Positions 9,763 to 19,714 of a DNA stretch of 64,000 nt are shown piece by piece. The notes beneath the pieces were generated by a model. That model worked only from the letters and a program-made list of their open reading frames with translations, searched no databases and was not told the origin of the DNA. Source of the DNA: Pirellulales bacterium (GTDB lineage Bacteria; Planctomycetota; Planctomycetia; Pirellulales; PALSA-1355); contig CAVTBU010000004.1 of assembly GCA_963733035.1 (NCBI GenBank), positions 256,001-320,000 of the forward strand, given 5' to 3'. Both the position numbers and the translations under genes were made by a program. Numbering within the stretch: position 1 is the first letter of the stretch; every line of letters starts with the position of its first letter.

Positions 9763-10540
9763 AGACTTACGACGATTGCCGACGGGTTGCTAGTTGCACT
9801 AACTTGTCACTGTGTGGCTGATTTCTTCTTCAAGGGCTCTGCGGTGCGCGAGGCCGTGCACGTCACTTGGCGCCTTTCCGCGAGTCCGAAGCACATCGCA
9901 ACTGGCCACTTAGCGTCTCACGTCGATGACGCTATCTCGACGCTGTTGGCCGGTAAAAACCTGCCGCTTGACACGGAGTCAACCGGTCTTCGGCCGCCAA
10001 GCGGAACTAGGCCATGCATTCCGATTGCATTCAAGCGATCGCAGTTCAACGAATCGCGATCGGGTGCTCCAACAGCATCACTAGGTCAGTATGGCTCGCC
10101 AATATTCGAGCGTCAGATGGGTTGTGGGTCGAGAGCACGCAGGATTTTGGCGTTCGAGTGTCGGAGCGGCCGCCTACCCGAAACCTTTCTCGAATCGGGT
10201 TCGGATGTACCATTCGTGTACCCGTTGAGCATTCTCATAGACCGATATTCCTCGCTACGTACCAGTAACCTCGCCGACGACGGCTCCAAAGAGTGGGTGC
10301 CGCCCATTTCGCCGGATTCTGCGAGGCCCATCTCGGCACGTTTCCCGCAGAGTCGAACTGTGAGCGTGCTGCTTTCCCTGTTGACGGCCGGTGTCGCGTC
10401 TAGGCGGCAGCAACAGGAACTCGACGGGTTTTGTATTGCGAAGTGGCGCTGGTATGTTGGGGGGCTCGTACCCATCGGCCCCGCGATCAGTTCGACCATT
10501 CCTAGCCAATCTACTCGACATCAGGAGCGTATTACCCGTC

Positions 10541-11839
10541 ATGGCCGTTCCGAACCAACATGCTAAAACGATCATGGAACGGCTCCTCGGTGGTATGCCA
10601 CCCGAAGAGTTGACCAGCCGCTACGGCCCCCAGAGCCCGAAGGCGCACCGCCTTCCGCCCCGTGTTCCCGGCTCGGCAGACTACAGCACGGCGGCGCTGC
10701 AGCGCCGCCGTGAGATGCTCAATAAACGGGGCATTGAGCTGCACGAGTTGGCCGGGGAGGGAAATGGGATCGAGCCTGAGGGGTTGGCCGGCAATATCGA
10801 GAATCTGGTCGGAATGGCCCGTGTGCCGATCGGAGTCATCGGCCCCCTGCGAGTTCGCGGCACGGCGGCCAATGGAGATTTCTACATTCCGCTGGCCACC
10901 ACCGAAGGTGCGTTGGTCGCGTCGTGCCAGCGGGGTTCCCAGGCGATCAGCCGATCTGGGGGTGCATCCGCGTGTTGCTTCACCGAATCCGTGTCCCGCG
11001 CCCCCTGCTTCGCCTTCGAGCGGCTGACCGAGGCGGGCCAATTCCTGGCTTGGGTACTTCCCCAGTACGACCGACTACAGGAGGTCGTAGCAAGCACTTC
11101 GCGACATTGCCAGCTACTCGACTTGCGCACGACCGTGATCGGCAAGGAGGTTTATTTAGCGTTTGAATTCACGACCGGTGATGCGGCCGGTCAGAACATG
11201 GTGACAATCGCCACCGAAGCGATCTGCAAGTCGATCCTGACCGGCGCGCCCGTGCAGCCCAGTCGCTGGTTTCTCGATGGAAACCTTTCGGGCGACAAGA
11301 AAGCGACGATGCTCGGCTTTACCTACGCACGTGGAAAGAAAGTGGTCGCAGACGTGGTAGTCCAGCGTGAAGTGGTCCGGCGTTTCTTGCACACAGAACC
11401 GGACGAGATGTTTCGCTATTGGCAGGTTTCCATGCTGGGAGGCGTGCAAAGCGGATCGATCGGCGTGCAAGGTCATTTCTCGAACTCGCTGGCCGCGATG
11501 TTCATCGCCTGCGGCCAGGATGCGGCCTGCGTGTCCGAGGCTTCGGTGGGAGTTACTCGCATGGACGTGACACCCGACGGCGACCTCTACGTCGCCGTCA
11601 GCCTGCCGAACTTGATCGTCGGCACGGTAGGCGGAGGGACGCGATTGCCAACGCAACGCGAATGCCTGGAGATGATGGATTGCTATGGTAGCGGCAAGGC
11701 CCGCAAGCTGGCCGAAATCTGTGCCGTCACGGTGATGGCAGGCGAGATCTCGATCATCGCCGCCCTGACCGCCGGTCATTTCGGTCAAGCGCATGCGACG
11801 TACGGGCGACAGCACGCCGCTCCCGATGATTCCGAGTAG
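10541..11839 (+). CDS. Class I HMG-CoA reductase-like protein
   Basis: ENLVG...VPIGVIGPL, PLATTEGALVAS, TGDAAGQNM, GNLSGDKK, ACGQD.A, VGTVGGGT, C-terminal His (GQAH). Confidence 0.9.
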   Translation: MAVPNQHAKTIMERLLGGMPPEELTSRYGPQSPKAHRLPPRVPGSADYSTAALQRRREMLNKRGIELHELAGEGNGIEPEGLAGNIENLVGMARVPIGVIGPLRVRGTAANGDFYIPLATTEGALVASCQRGSQAISRSGGASACCFTESVSRAPCFAFERLTEAGQFLAWVLPQYDRLQEVVASTSRHCQLLDLRTTVIGKEVYLAFEFTTGDAAGQNMVTIATEAICKSILTGAPVQPSRWFLDGNLSGDKKATMLGFTYARGKKVVADVVVQREVVRRFLHTEPDEMFRYWQVSMLGGVQSGSIGVQGHFSNSLAAMFIACGQDAACVSEASVGVTRMDVTPDGDLYVAVSLPNLIVGTVGGGTRLPTQRECLEMMDCYGSGKARKLAEICAVTVMAGEISIIAALTAGHFGQAHATYGRQHAAPDDSE

Positions 11840-11859
11840 TGGCACCGGCTAAAGCATTC

Positions 11860-12951
11860 ATGGGTCACTATATCGATGAACGAGCCGATTTTGGCATTAT
11901 CCGTTATGCCAATTGCTGGGAAGACGCCGACGTACTCTGCGCAGCACTCGAGCCCGCGCCTGACAAGCGCATCCTGTCGATTGCGTCAGCCGGTGACAAC
12001 GCGTTGGCGTTGTTGGCTGGCGGATGCGAGGTCGTAGCGGCCGATTTGAGCCCGGCGCAGCTCGCCTGCGTCGAGCTACGAGCCGCTGCCTTTGGAGAGC
12101 TGGACTACCAAGATACACTTGCCTTCTTGGGTGTGGCCAGTTCCTCAGAGCGGCTGGCCACCTATCGCCTGCTGGCCCACCGCTTATCTGTTGGCGCTCG
12201 GGCCTACTGGGATAGCCACGAGAACTTGATCGCCGCGGGCGTCATCCATGCGGGAAAATTCGAAGACTACTTTCGCCGGTTTCGCCGGTTCGTGCTGCCG
12301 CTGGTGCACGGACCCGGTCGCGTGCGTGAGTTGCTCGCCGATAAGCCGCCGGAATCTCGTCTCGAGTTCTACGACCGCCGCTGGAACAGTCGACGGTGGA
12401 GGCTGTTGTTTCGGGTCTTCTTCAGCCGCCTAGTGATGGGCCGTTTGGGTCGCGATCCAGAATTCTTCCGCTATGTCGAAGGTTCGGTCGCGGACCGAAT
12501 TCTCGCACGCACGCAATATGCGCTGACGACGTTGCCCACGCATGAAAACCCCTACCTGCAGTACGTTCTGCACGGCAATTTCGGACCCGCGCTTCCTCGC
12601 TATCTGCGGCCCGAGCACTATCTGAAGATCCGCGCGGGGCTCGAGCGGCTGACGCTTGTCGAAGGCACCATCGAAAGCGTGGCAGCACGTGACGGACAGA
12701 AGTTCGACGGCTACAACCTATCTGACGTCTTCGAGTATCTAGATCCGGCCACCTGTCGTACGGTTTTCGAAAAGTTGCTGGCAACGGCGAATCAGGGTGC
12801 GCGGCTCGCGTATTGGAACATGCTGGTACCCAGGGAATGCCCTCAGGAACTGGCGGCACGCATGCGGCCGCTGCGTGATCTGGCCGAGAAACAATTTGCC
12901 AAGGATCTGGCCTTCTTTTACAGCCGGTTCGTGGTGGAGGAAGTCTGTTGA
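11860..12951 (+). CDS. DUF3419 / BtaA-like SAM-dependent (3-amino-3-carboxypropyl) transferase
   Basis: IRYANCWEDAD, ILSIASAGDNAL, ADLSPAQL, GKFE.YF, NPYL, FDGYNLSDVFEY; alternative GTG start at 11839. Confidence 0.85.
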   Translation: MGHYIDERADFGIIRYANCWEDADVLCAALEPAPDKRILSIASAGDNALALLAGGCEVVAADLSPAQLACVELRAAAFGELDYQDTLAFLGVASSSERLATYRLLAHRLSVGARAYWDSHENLIAAGVIHAGKFEDYFRRFRRFVLPLVHGPGRVRELLADKPPESRLEFYDRRWNSRRWRLLFRVFFSRLVMGRLGRDPEFFRYVEGSVADRILARTQYALTTLPTHENPYLQYVLHGNFGPALPRYLRPEHYLKIRAGLERLTLVEGTIESVAARDGQKFDGYNLSDVFEYLDPATCRTVFEKLLATANQGARLAYWNMLVPRECPQELAARMRPLRDLAEKQFAKDLAFFYSRFVVEEVC

Positions 12952-14339
12952 ATCCCTTGGCAGCGGATCTCTTAGGTGGTGCTGTGGTAACGGTGCTTTT
13001 CTTGAGCATCGTAGCGGCCGCCGAGGCGTGGCGAAGATGGGGCCGTCCCGATCCGGAGTCGACTCGCAAGCTGGTTCACATCGCCGGTGGCTTGGTCGCT
13101 TTGTGCCTGCCTTTCGTGGTTCGCTCGCACTGGATCGTGGGAGCGATGGCCCTGGGCATGGCAGTCTTGTTTCTCGCCGGGAAGTGGACCGGCCAGTTGC
13201 AAAGCCTGCATGGCGTCAGTCGCCGCAGCAGTGGCACGGAATACTATCCGCTAGTCATCTATCTATTGTTTTATTTCACGCAAGGCGCACCCGTAAAATA
13301 CATCATTTCCGTGCTTGTTCTTACTACGGCCGACAGCCTGGCCGCACTGATTGGCAGCCGCTATGGGCGCCTGCGGTACGAAGTCGACAACAACTTCAAG
13401 AGCGTGGAAGGATCTCTGGTCTTCTTTCTCGCCACGTTTCTGGCGGTTCTGGTTCCACTGCTTGCCTGGCCGATGCTGATCGGTCCGCTGGAAGCCTCGC
13501 CGACTTTGGTGGCGTGCGTTTTCACTGCGTTGCTGGTAGCCTTCCCGACCACGGGGATCGAAGCCATCGCCCAGCATGGCCGCGACAATCTGTGGGTGCC
13601 TCTAGGGACGCTGCTAATTCTCAACAACACCCTTCATCTACCCATTGATTCGCTTGCCAGGTGGACTTTAGTCCTGTTGACTATTTGCGCCATCACCGGA
13701 CTGGCGGTATGGCGAATTGCAACGTTCAACGTTGGGGCCACGGTGGTGCTGATCTTGGCGGCGTACGCCTGCTGGACTCTCACTTCGATTGACTGGGCGA
13801 TCCCATTCTTTCTGGCATTCGGATACTACCTGATTGCCGTTCTCGCGAGTCCGCAGCCCATGAAGATTGCTTCTCGGGCGGTCGTGAGAGCCTTGCTGCC
13901 ACCCTTCGTCGTGATGATGGCCGCGGCGCTGCTGCGGCACGAGGGCGCGACTCAAGTGTACGGGTTCCTCTATGGACCGTTCGTAGCTGGGTGCGCGTCG
14001 ATCGCAGGCCAATCCGCATGGGACCAGCTTACACACGGTTATAGCGCGGGTCGCGCGTTCAAGTTCCTTGGGTCAATTGCGAACACATGCCTGGCGTGTA
14101 TCGCGGCCATCTTGCCCGCGCAGCTGCTGCAACCAGGTATGACGTGGATCGCGCCGCTTTGGATCGCGGCCGCAGCGCTCGCCGTTGGTATACCCTCGGG
14201 AATGCTCGTCGACCATCCCGCGATTGTGCGTTCCACACGTTTGTGGGCGCTAGCCCGCATGGGCTTCATCACAGCGGCGTTGGGGCTGGTGGCGCTCGTC
14301 CAGGCTGCGGGGCTCAGTCCGCTCTGGCATCCGCGCTAG
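12948..14339 (+). CDS. Phytol/dolichol kinase-like (SEC59/VTE5, CTP-dependent) polytopic membrane protein with an extra C-terminal TM region
   Basis: ESTRKLVHIAGG, ADSLAALIGSRYG, KSVEGS, GRDNLWVP motifs; many TM helices. Confidence 0.82.
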   Translation: MNPLAADLLGGAVVTVLFLSIVAAAEAWRRWGRPDPESTRKLVHIAGGLVALCLPFVVRSHWIVGAMALGMAVLFLAGKWTGQLQSLHGVSRRSSGTEYYPLVIYLLFYFTQGAPVKYIISVLVLTTADSLAALIGSRYGRLRYEVDNNFKSVEGSLVFFLATFLAVLVPLLAWPMLIGPLEASPTLVACVFTALLVAFPTTGIEAIAQHGRDNLWVPLGTLLILNNTLHLPIDSLARWTLVLLTICAITGLAVWRIATFNVGATVVLILAAYACWTLTSIDWAIPFFLAFGYYLIAVLASPQPMKIASRAVVRALLPPFVVMMAAALLRHEGATQVYGFLYGPFVAGCASIAGQSAWDQLTHGYSAGRAFKFLGSIANTCLACIAAILPAQLLQPGMTWIAPLWIAAAALAVGIPSGMLVDHPAIVRSTRLWALARMGFITAALGLVALVQAAGLSPLWHPR

Positions 14340-17079
14340 GGGCGACATCGAGCCTGACCGTGCCGGCCGATCCGTCCATTGTGACATGCTGGCCGCTGTT
14401 GAGCGTGGCAGTCAAGCCCCTGATGCCGACAATCGTGGGAATGCCCATCTCTCTCGCAACGACGGCGGAGTGCGAAAGGATGCTCCCCCTTTCGATTAAC
14501 AAGCCCGAGACCGCCGGATAGAGAGGCACCCAGCCTGGGTCGGTCCGTTCGGCCACGAGAATCTCGCCGTTCAACTGCACGTCGTCGCGAGGGTCGGTGA
14601 TGACAATCACTTCTCCGCTGACGATGCCCGGCGAGCATCCCACACCGTGCAACACCCCGTCTTCGCCGACTGGCGCGTGTTGCTTATTGTTGACGAACCG
14701 ATTTCGATGATAAGCCATGCCGAACGTCTCGAAGCGTTCGTCCGGGGCGGCGCACTGTGCCGAGCGGTAACCTTCGAACTCGTTTTGCCGTAGCGAGGCC
14801 AGATCCCGCAGATTCGTGGTCACCGCCGTACCTTTGACGAAGTCCCAGACTTCGTCGATGGTAAGATAGAAGACCTGTTCGGGCTCGGAAAGAATCCCTT
14901 CCTCGGCCAATCGACGCCCCAATGCCCGCAACAGTTCGCGCAGCAGGCCGTAGATCCGAGTGCGGGCGAAGCGCATGTTTTCGCGATTTTTCACGCCCTG
15001 TCGTGCCCGTTTGAGCACCGCATGAAAGACGGCCCGCTTGAGGCCGGCGGTCGGTCCTCGCAACTCCTGCCGGACTTTTGCTTCGGCATCGTGGCGCACC
15101 TTTTGCTCGCGAGACTGCATGGTGGCCACGTCCAGTGCCGTCGGATCATTTAGCGCCAGGTAGTTCCGCAGCACTTGATAAACTAAGTGTGGGCGGTCGC
15201 GCAACGAGTACTCCTCCAACTTTAATTCGTCCATGCAACGAAAGCCGTAGAGTTCCAGGTAGTGATCGAACTCCGCTTGGAACTGGTGGAAACGTTCGTC
15301 GCCGGCCACACGTTGAGGGAGTTCGACTGGCGGTACCGTCGTGATCAGATCGCGCAGCGTCGGGTTCTGCTGTGCGCCGCCCGCCAGCCGGAGGAGCATG
15401 CGGGCAGGTTCTGCACTCTCTACGCCACCTTCGCCGCAGATCAGGTCGTTTTGCAGCGATCCCGATTCATCGTGACACCACGAACCACAAAGTTTCTTCA
15501 ACAATCCATAGTAGATCATTACATAGAAATCATTGACGATCGGCGCTTTCCAATTCCAAAGCAGCGATTCCTCCATCTCGTAGTAGAGCTGCATCAGCTC
15601 GTGGGGCCGCTGGCGATCGAGGTCGAGAGCCGACCACCGATCGTAATGCTCGCGAAAGTTCGCTTCGAAGCGGGACACGATCCCTCGAATCCGTACAAAG
15701 TTGAGAGCCGAACGACACAGTAGGCGTACCAGCGCTGGCAACTCGACGAACCAACGCCGCCAGAAGCCGCGCGGCGGCTCGTCATCACAATCGAGCTGCT
15801 CCCTCAGCCCCATCATGGATTCCATGAACTGCGCGTTGTATTGAAAGCCGGGAAAGAGTCGTACCAGCCGATACCAGTTCTGCAGGTTGTAGTAGACGCG
15901 GCCGCGAAAAAGCCCCAGCATGTTTTCGAACGTCCGCTCGTTTGCCCGTACCTTGGCCTGCGAAATACCCATTACCTGGGCGAAGCAATAATAGACGATC
16001 GTATATGCTCGGCGGATAAAGCTGAACGTCATCGGCGTGGTGACGCCGGAGTAGCTTTCGATAATGTTGGAATTGTCCCACACCAGGCGATGGCCCGCGG
16101 CCGGACCACATTCCCGCAAGTTGGTGACCGGCCGCGACTGCAGCATAAACAGGCTTCCCTGGCGATCGAAGCAGAACTCGATGTCCTGTGGTCGGCCGAA
16201 ATCTCGCTCGATTTCGATTGCCGCCCGTACCGCTTGGCGAACCTGTTCGTCGGACAGACTGCTCGCGGATTGCAGGTCGAGCGGCACTTCGTCGTGCCTC
16301 AGCCCGCCCCGCTGTTCGTCGAGCACCAGTTGCCGTTGCTTAGGTACAATCGCCGCCGAGAACTCCAGCGAGTCCTTGTCAACGGTATAGGTATCGGCGT
16401 CCAGGCCGGCGCTGACAAGCCCCTCGCCGAGACCATACAGGCTGCTGACGACCACTTGGTGCACACTTTCAGTGCCAGGATTGCAGGTGAACATGACGCC
16501 GCTTTGGGTCGCATCGATCATCTTCTGTACTATCACCGCCACCGCGACGTCTGCCAGTGGCACGCCCGAGCGCAGGCGGTAGACGATCGCCCGCTCATTA
16601 AAGGCCGACGCCCATACGCCACGAATGGCGCGCAGCGTTTCATGCGGACCGCGCACAAAAAGAAAGCTGTCGTGCATGCCGGCGAAGGATTGCTGGGCTG
16701 AATCCTCATCTAGCGCAGAGGACCGAACGGCGACATAGCCTTCGGCTCGGAATGATCCGCTGTATTGCCGACAGATGAGCTGCTCCAGCTCGTCGGGAAC
16801 GGGGCAGTTGGCAATGGCCGCTCGAAGCGCCGCGGCCGCTTCAACCACGGCCGTTTCACCCTGGACGGCGCCGAGGGCCTGAATACGGGATGCGAACCCG
16901 CCGAACTGCATCGCGTGCTCGAAGGCCGCGGCCGTGACGGTAAAGAATTCCGGCACCCGCTGTCCGGTTTGCCGAAGCCGCAGCAGGTTTGCGGCCTTGC
17001 CACCCACACGCTCAGCCAGCGCATTTGACGGTGCCGACTCGTCCGTCACAAGCCAATCGTTCTCGCTCATCCGACTCAA
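14314..17079 (-). CDS. PEP-utilising / dikinase-type enzyme with RPH/PigC domain order (ATP-grasp, substrate domain, C-terminal phospho-His swivel)
   Basis: VGGKAANL, VAVRSSALDEDS...SFAG, PQDIEF, LQSRPVT, TDPGW, GSILSHSAVVAREMGIP; start at TTG 17079 or ATG 17070. Confidence 0.88.
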   Translation of the reverse strand: MSRMSENDWLVTDESAPSNALAERVGGKAANLLRLRQTGQRVPEFFTVTAAAFEHAMQFGGFASRIQALGAVQGETAVVEAAAALRAAIANCPVPDELEQLICRQYSGSFRAEGYVAVRSSALDEDSAQQSFAGMHDSFLFVRGPHETLRAIRGVWASAFNERAIVYRLRSGVPLADVAVAVIVQKMIDATQSGVMFTCNPGTESVHQVVVSSLYGLGEGLVSAGLDADTYTVDKDSLEFSAAIVPKQRQLVLDEQRGGLRHDEVPLDLQSASSLSDEQVRQAVRAAIEIERDFGRPQDIEFCFDRQGSLFMLQSRPVTNLRECGPAAGHRLVWDNSNIIESYSGVTTPMTFSFIRRAYTIVYYCFAQVMGISQAKVRANERTFENMLGLFRGRVYYNLQNWYRLVRLFPGFQYNAQFMESMMGLREQLDCDDEPPRGFWRRWFVELPALVRLLCRSALNFVRIRGIVSRFEANFREHYDRWSALDLDRQRPHELMQLYYEMEESLLWNWKAPIVNDFYVMIYYGLLKKLCGSWCHDESGSLQNDLICGEGGVESAEPARMLLRLAGGAQQNPTLRDLITTVPPVELPQRVAGDERFHQFQAEFDHYLELYGFRCMDELKLEEYSLRDRPHLVYQVLRNYLALNDPTALDVATMQSREQKVRHDAEAKVRQELRGPTAGLKRAVFHAVLKRARQGVKNRENMRFARTRIYGLLRELLRALGRRLAEEGILSEPEQVFYLTIDEVWDFVKGTAVTTNLRDLASLRQNEFEGYRSAQCAAPDERFETFGMAYHRNRFVNNKQHAPVGEDGVLHGVGCSPGIVSGEVIVITDPRDDVQLNGEILVAERTDPGWVPLYPAVSGLLIERGSILSHSAVVAREMGIPTIVGIRGLTATLNSGQHVTMDGSAGTVRLDVAPSADARAD

Positions 17080-18036
17080 GAGACAATGACTCCGTTGCGA
17101 GATCCTAATGCGAGCGCCATCGTGAGATCAAATGCGATGATGTACATGCCGGCATACGTCTCCATACGATGGGCGGTCTTCGTCGAGGTGTGGAAACGGA
17201 ATTGAAAGAACCCCAGCAGACACACTCCGTATAGTGCGACTAGCACGGCGTAGAACCACCAGGGAAGACCCAGGTGGTATCCGACCGCGGCAACCATTCC
17301 GGTATCGATCACGCGCACCAGCAGTACTGCGTAAGCCGCGCCGTAGGTGCCAAAGATCTTTGTATAGGTGTCGACTCCGTCGCGTTCGTCTTCCGGCGCG
17401 AATCTTTCGAGAAATCTCCCAGTTGAAGGTAACAAAGAAGCCGACAAACGCATAGAACCAATACCACTGCGATGCTTCCCAGAGATAGCGATTCGTAGTG
17501 TAACTGTAAACAACCATTGCGAGTAGCGGCATAATCAGCATGTGCGACGTTGCGTACAGGAGAAAGTGCTTGCGAAGCCACGAGCCGACAAAGAACTCTT
17601 TGAGCATCAGTAGCGAGAAGATGAGCACCGCGGCAACCGCCACTAGCGCGGCCGGTGAAACGAAGATGGCCCACACTAGCGCCGCGCTCAGTTCCCAGCC
17701 AATGGCCACGCCACCGAGAACTTTCAGGTCGCGGAGCGTGATCAGTCCACTTTGCAAGACGCGATCGGGATAGTGGCGGCAATCTTCGGCGTAGTCTTTG
17801 TGTTCGTCGAAGACTCGCAGGTGGAAAAAGATCGCCAATAGCGTGGCGGCCCCTACGAGCGAACTCAGCGAATAGCGCATCTGCTCGCCGGGGTGGGTCA
17901 GCGCTTGCGCGAGAAACTGATTACACGAGTAGTAGCTAACGATCAACACCCCATGCCCAACCGGCGGAAACCGTTCTTGGAGGTAGGCCCACAGCCGAAC
18001 TGGAAACGGTGAATTGACAGTCAGGTTATTCGCCAT
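17076..18036 (-). CDS. UbiA-superfamily prenyltransferase-like membrane protein, one frameshift near 17400
   Basis: ERFP, LRVFDEHKDYAED...PDRVL.SG Asp-rich motif; frame 1 ...EISRKIR continues in another frame as APEDERDGVDTYTKIFG plus TM helices. Confidence 0.75.
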
Positions 18037-18067
18037 GCGCGAGCCCGGGTGGACCACTCCTGGAATG

Positions 18068-19714
18068 CTAGGATCGCCGAGCCGCGTCCGACGAGGCCGT
18101 TAGAAGCCGTCGCAACGCCCGATAATCGACTTTCGAGCGGTGCCGCGGGTCGAGCGGCAAGGGATGCTCGGCACGGCGGACGTCATCCACCGGAAGCCCA
18201 ACCTGTTCAATCCTCTGCCGCACCCGCGTAAGTATATCGCCTCCGCATGTCGTTTCGACAACCACTACGACCCGTTCCCCCATTTTGTCATCCGGCAAGC
18301 CGATCGCGGCGATTCTCAAATTGGCGTCGCCACCGGCGCCGGCCTGTTCGACAAGTTGAGGATGCACCGCCTCACCGTCGCGGTGGATGGTTGAGTGAAC
18401 GCGGCCGACCAACCAAACGTAGCCCTGCGCGTCGACGTACCCCGTGTCGCCCATCCGATGCCAGACGGTTCCGTCGACGTCGACGATCTTGTTTTCCGCA
18501 ACTGCCGTTGCATCGCGAAAATAGCCGCGCGCGACGTGGTCTCCACAAACGATCAACTCGCCCGATTCGCCGCGGGGGACTTCCCAGGGGGCCCAGCCGG
18601 CTCCGTCCAAAGAGATCGGTCCGCCGTGAATTCGCACGACGCGCAATCGCACCAGGGGGCTCGGCCTGCCAACGCAATAGCCGGCCGCTTCGCGCGTGGC
18701 CGACGTTGCCAGGGCAATCCGTCGATCCGCCTCGATGTGGGCAACCGGTTCGGCCTCAGTCGAGCCATAGACAACCAGCAGTTGCGCGTCGGGCCAGGCG
18801 TTCCGCCAGGTGGCAAGCTGCCGATCGCTCACCGGGGCACCCCCTGTGAGAATTCGTCGCAACGAATAGTGCGCGCCTGAACGCCGGTCTTGGTATTCGG
18901 CAAGGCGGTCGATGAACGGAGGCGAGGCCGTGCAGGTCGTCACCCGATTGCGGCGCATTTGGTCCACGATGCTCGAGGCGTCCACCTGATCTACGCGCCG
19001 AAAATCGATTGACGGAATAATCGACGAAATGCCACGGGCGAGGTTATTCAATGCGAACACCGGAAACAGTGGCATATCGACGTCGTCGTCCGATTGCGGA
19101 AACTCTTGCTGCAGCGCCGCATGTTGTGCTTGCAGAAATCCATGCGTCCGCTCGACGCCCTTGGGCAGGCCGCTGGAACCGCTGGTAAATGTGATCATGG
19201 CCGCGTCGGTGGCGGCGGTCGCGGTGATGTGACCGTCGCCCGCCTGGCGCTGCAACTCGTGCAGCGAGTACCGAGCTGGCAAGCGCAACCAACAGCGGCC
19301 CGTGGTTACGGTGATCGGGACCTGCCGTAGCGAACGATCAACAAGCCGCAGCAAGTGACTCTTCGGAACGCCGATCCAAGCCGAGGTTTGTGCGAACGAC
19401 ACGAAGGCCGAGATCTGCCGACGACCGACCCAGGGATCGACGAACACGGCAGTGGCTCCGCATTTGAGCGTGGCGAGCAACAGCGTGTAGAGATCGATCG
19501 ACATCGGGATCATTAATAGGGCCCGCTCGCCCGGTCGCAGCCCCGCGGCGCGCAATCCCACACTGGTTCGATCGACACGTTCCCATAGATCGGCGAAGGT
19601 GACTCGCTCATCTCGCCCGCGCTGATCCTGCATCACCAGGGCTGTACGCGAGCCGTACTGTGCCGCAACGCGAGCCAGCAGCGCCACGACATTTCTATCG
19701 GCTTGGGCTGTCAT
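18068..19714 (-). CDS. AMP-binding adenylate-forming enzyme (OleC-like / acyl-CoA ligase)
   Basis: FTSGSSGLPKG, YGSTEAEP, WHRMGDTGY, LPLDPRHRSKVDY. Confidence 0.88.
   Translation of the reverse strand: MTAQADRNVVALLARVAAQYGSRTALVMQDQRGRDERVTFADLWERVDRTSVGLRAAGLRPGERALLMIPMSIDLYTLLLATLKCGATAVFVDPWVGRRQISAFVSFAQTSAWIGVPKSHLLRLVDRSLRQVPITVTTGRCWLRLPARYSLHELQRQAGDGHITATAATDAAMITFTSGSSGLPKGVERTHGFLQAQHAALQQEFPQSDDDVDMPLFPVFALNNLARGISSIIPSIDFRRVDQVDASSIVDQMRRNRVTTCTASPPFIDRLAEYQDRRSGAHYSLRRILTGGAPVSDRQLATWRNAWPDAQLLVVYGSTEAEPVAHIEADRRIALATSATREAAGYCVGRPSPLVRLRVVRIHGGPISLDGAGWAPWEVPRGESGELIVCGDHVARGYFRDATAVAENKIVDVDGTVWHRMGDTGYVDAQGYVWLVGRVHSTIHRDGEAVHPQLVEQAGAGGDANLRIAAIGLPDDKMGERVVVVVETTCGGDILTRVRQRIEQVGLPVDDVRRAEHPLPLDPRHRSKVDYRALRRLLTASSDAARRS

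Noticed and set aside
9680..9763. Intact tRNA-Pro gene (also considered at about 21075-21158)
   Set aside because: The upstream sequence cannot form the D-arm, the 5' anticodon stem (CTTGA) or the 5' acceptor strand; only the 3' half is present
9673..10566. 297-aa ORF as an integrase or other island gene
   Set aside because: It runs through the att repeat, lacks R-H-R-Y or serine-recombinase motifs, and does not resemble a known protein; likely spurious
10541..11839. Mevalonate pathway operon
   Set aside because: No HMG-CoA synthase, mevalonate kinases, decarboxylase or IDI in the window
11860..12951. Canonical DGTS betaine-lipid operon btaAB
   Set aside because: No BtaB methyltransferase is adjacent, so no gene symbol was assigned
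14314..17079. ppsA (PEP synthase) or rifampin resistance gene rph
   Set aside because: It lacks the PEP synthase C-terminal barrel; RPH shares the architecture, but the biosynthetic operon context gives no support for rifamycin specificity
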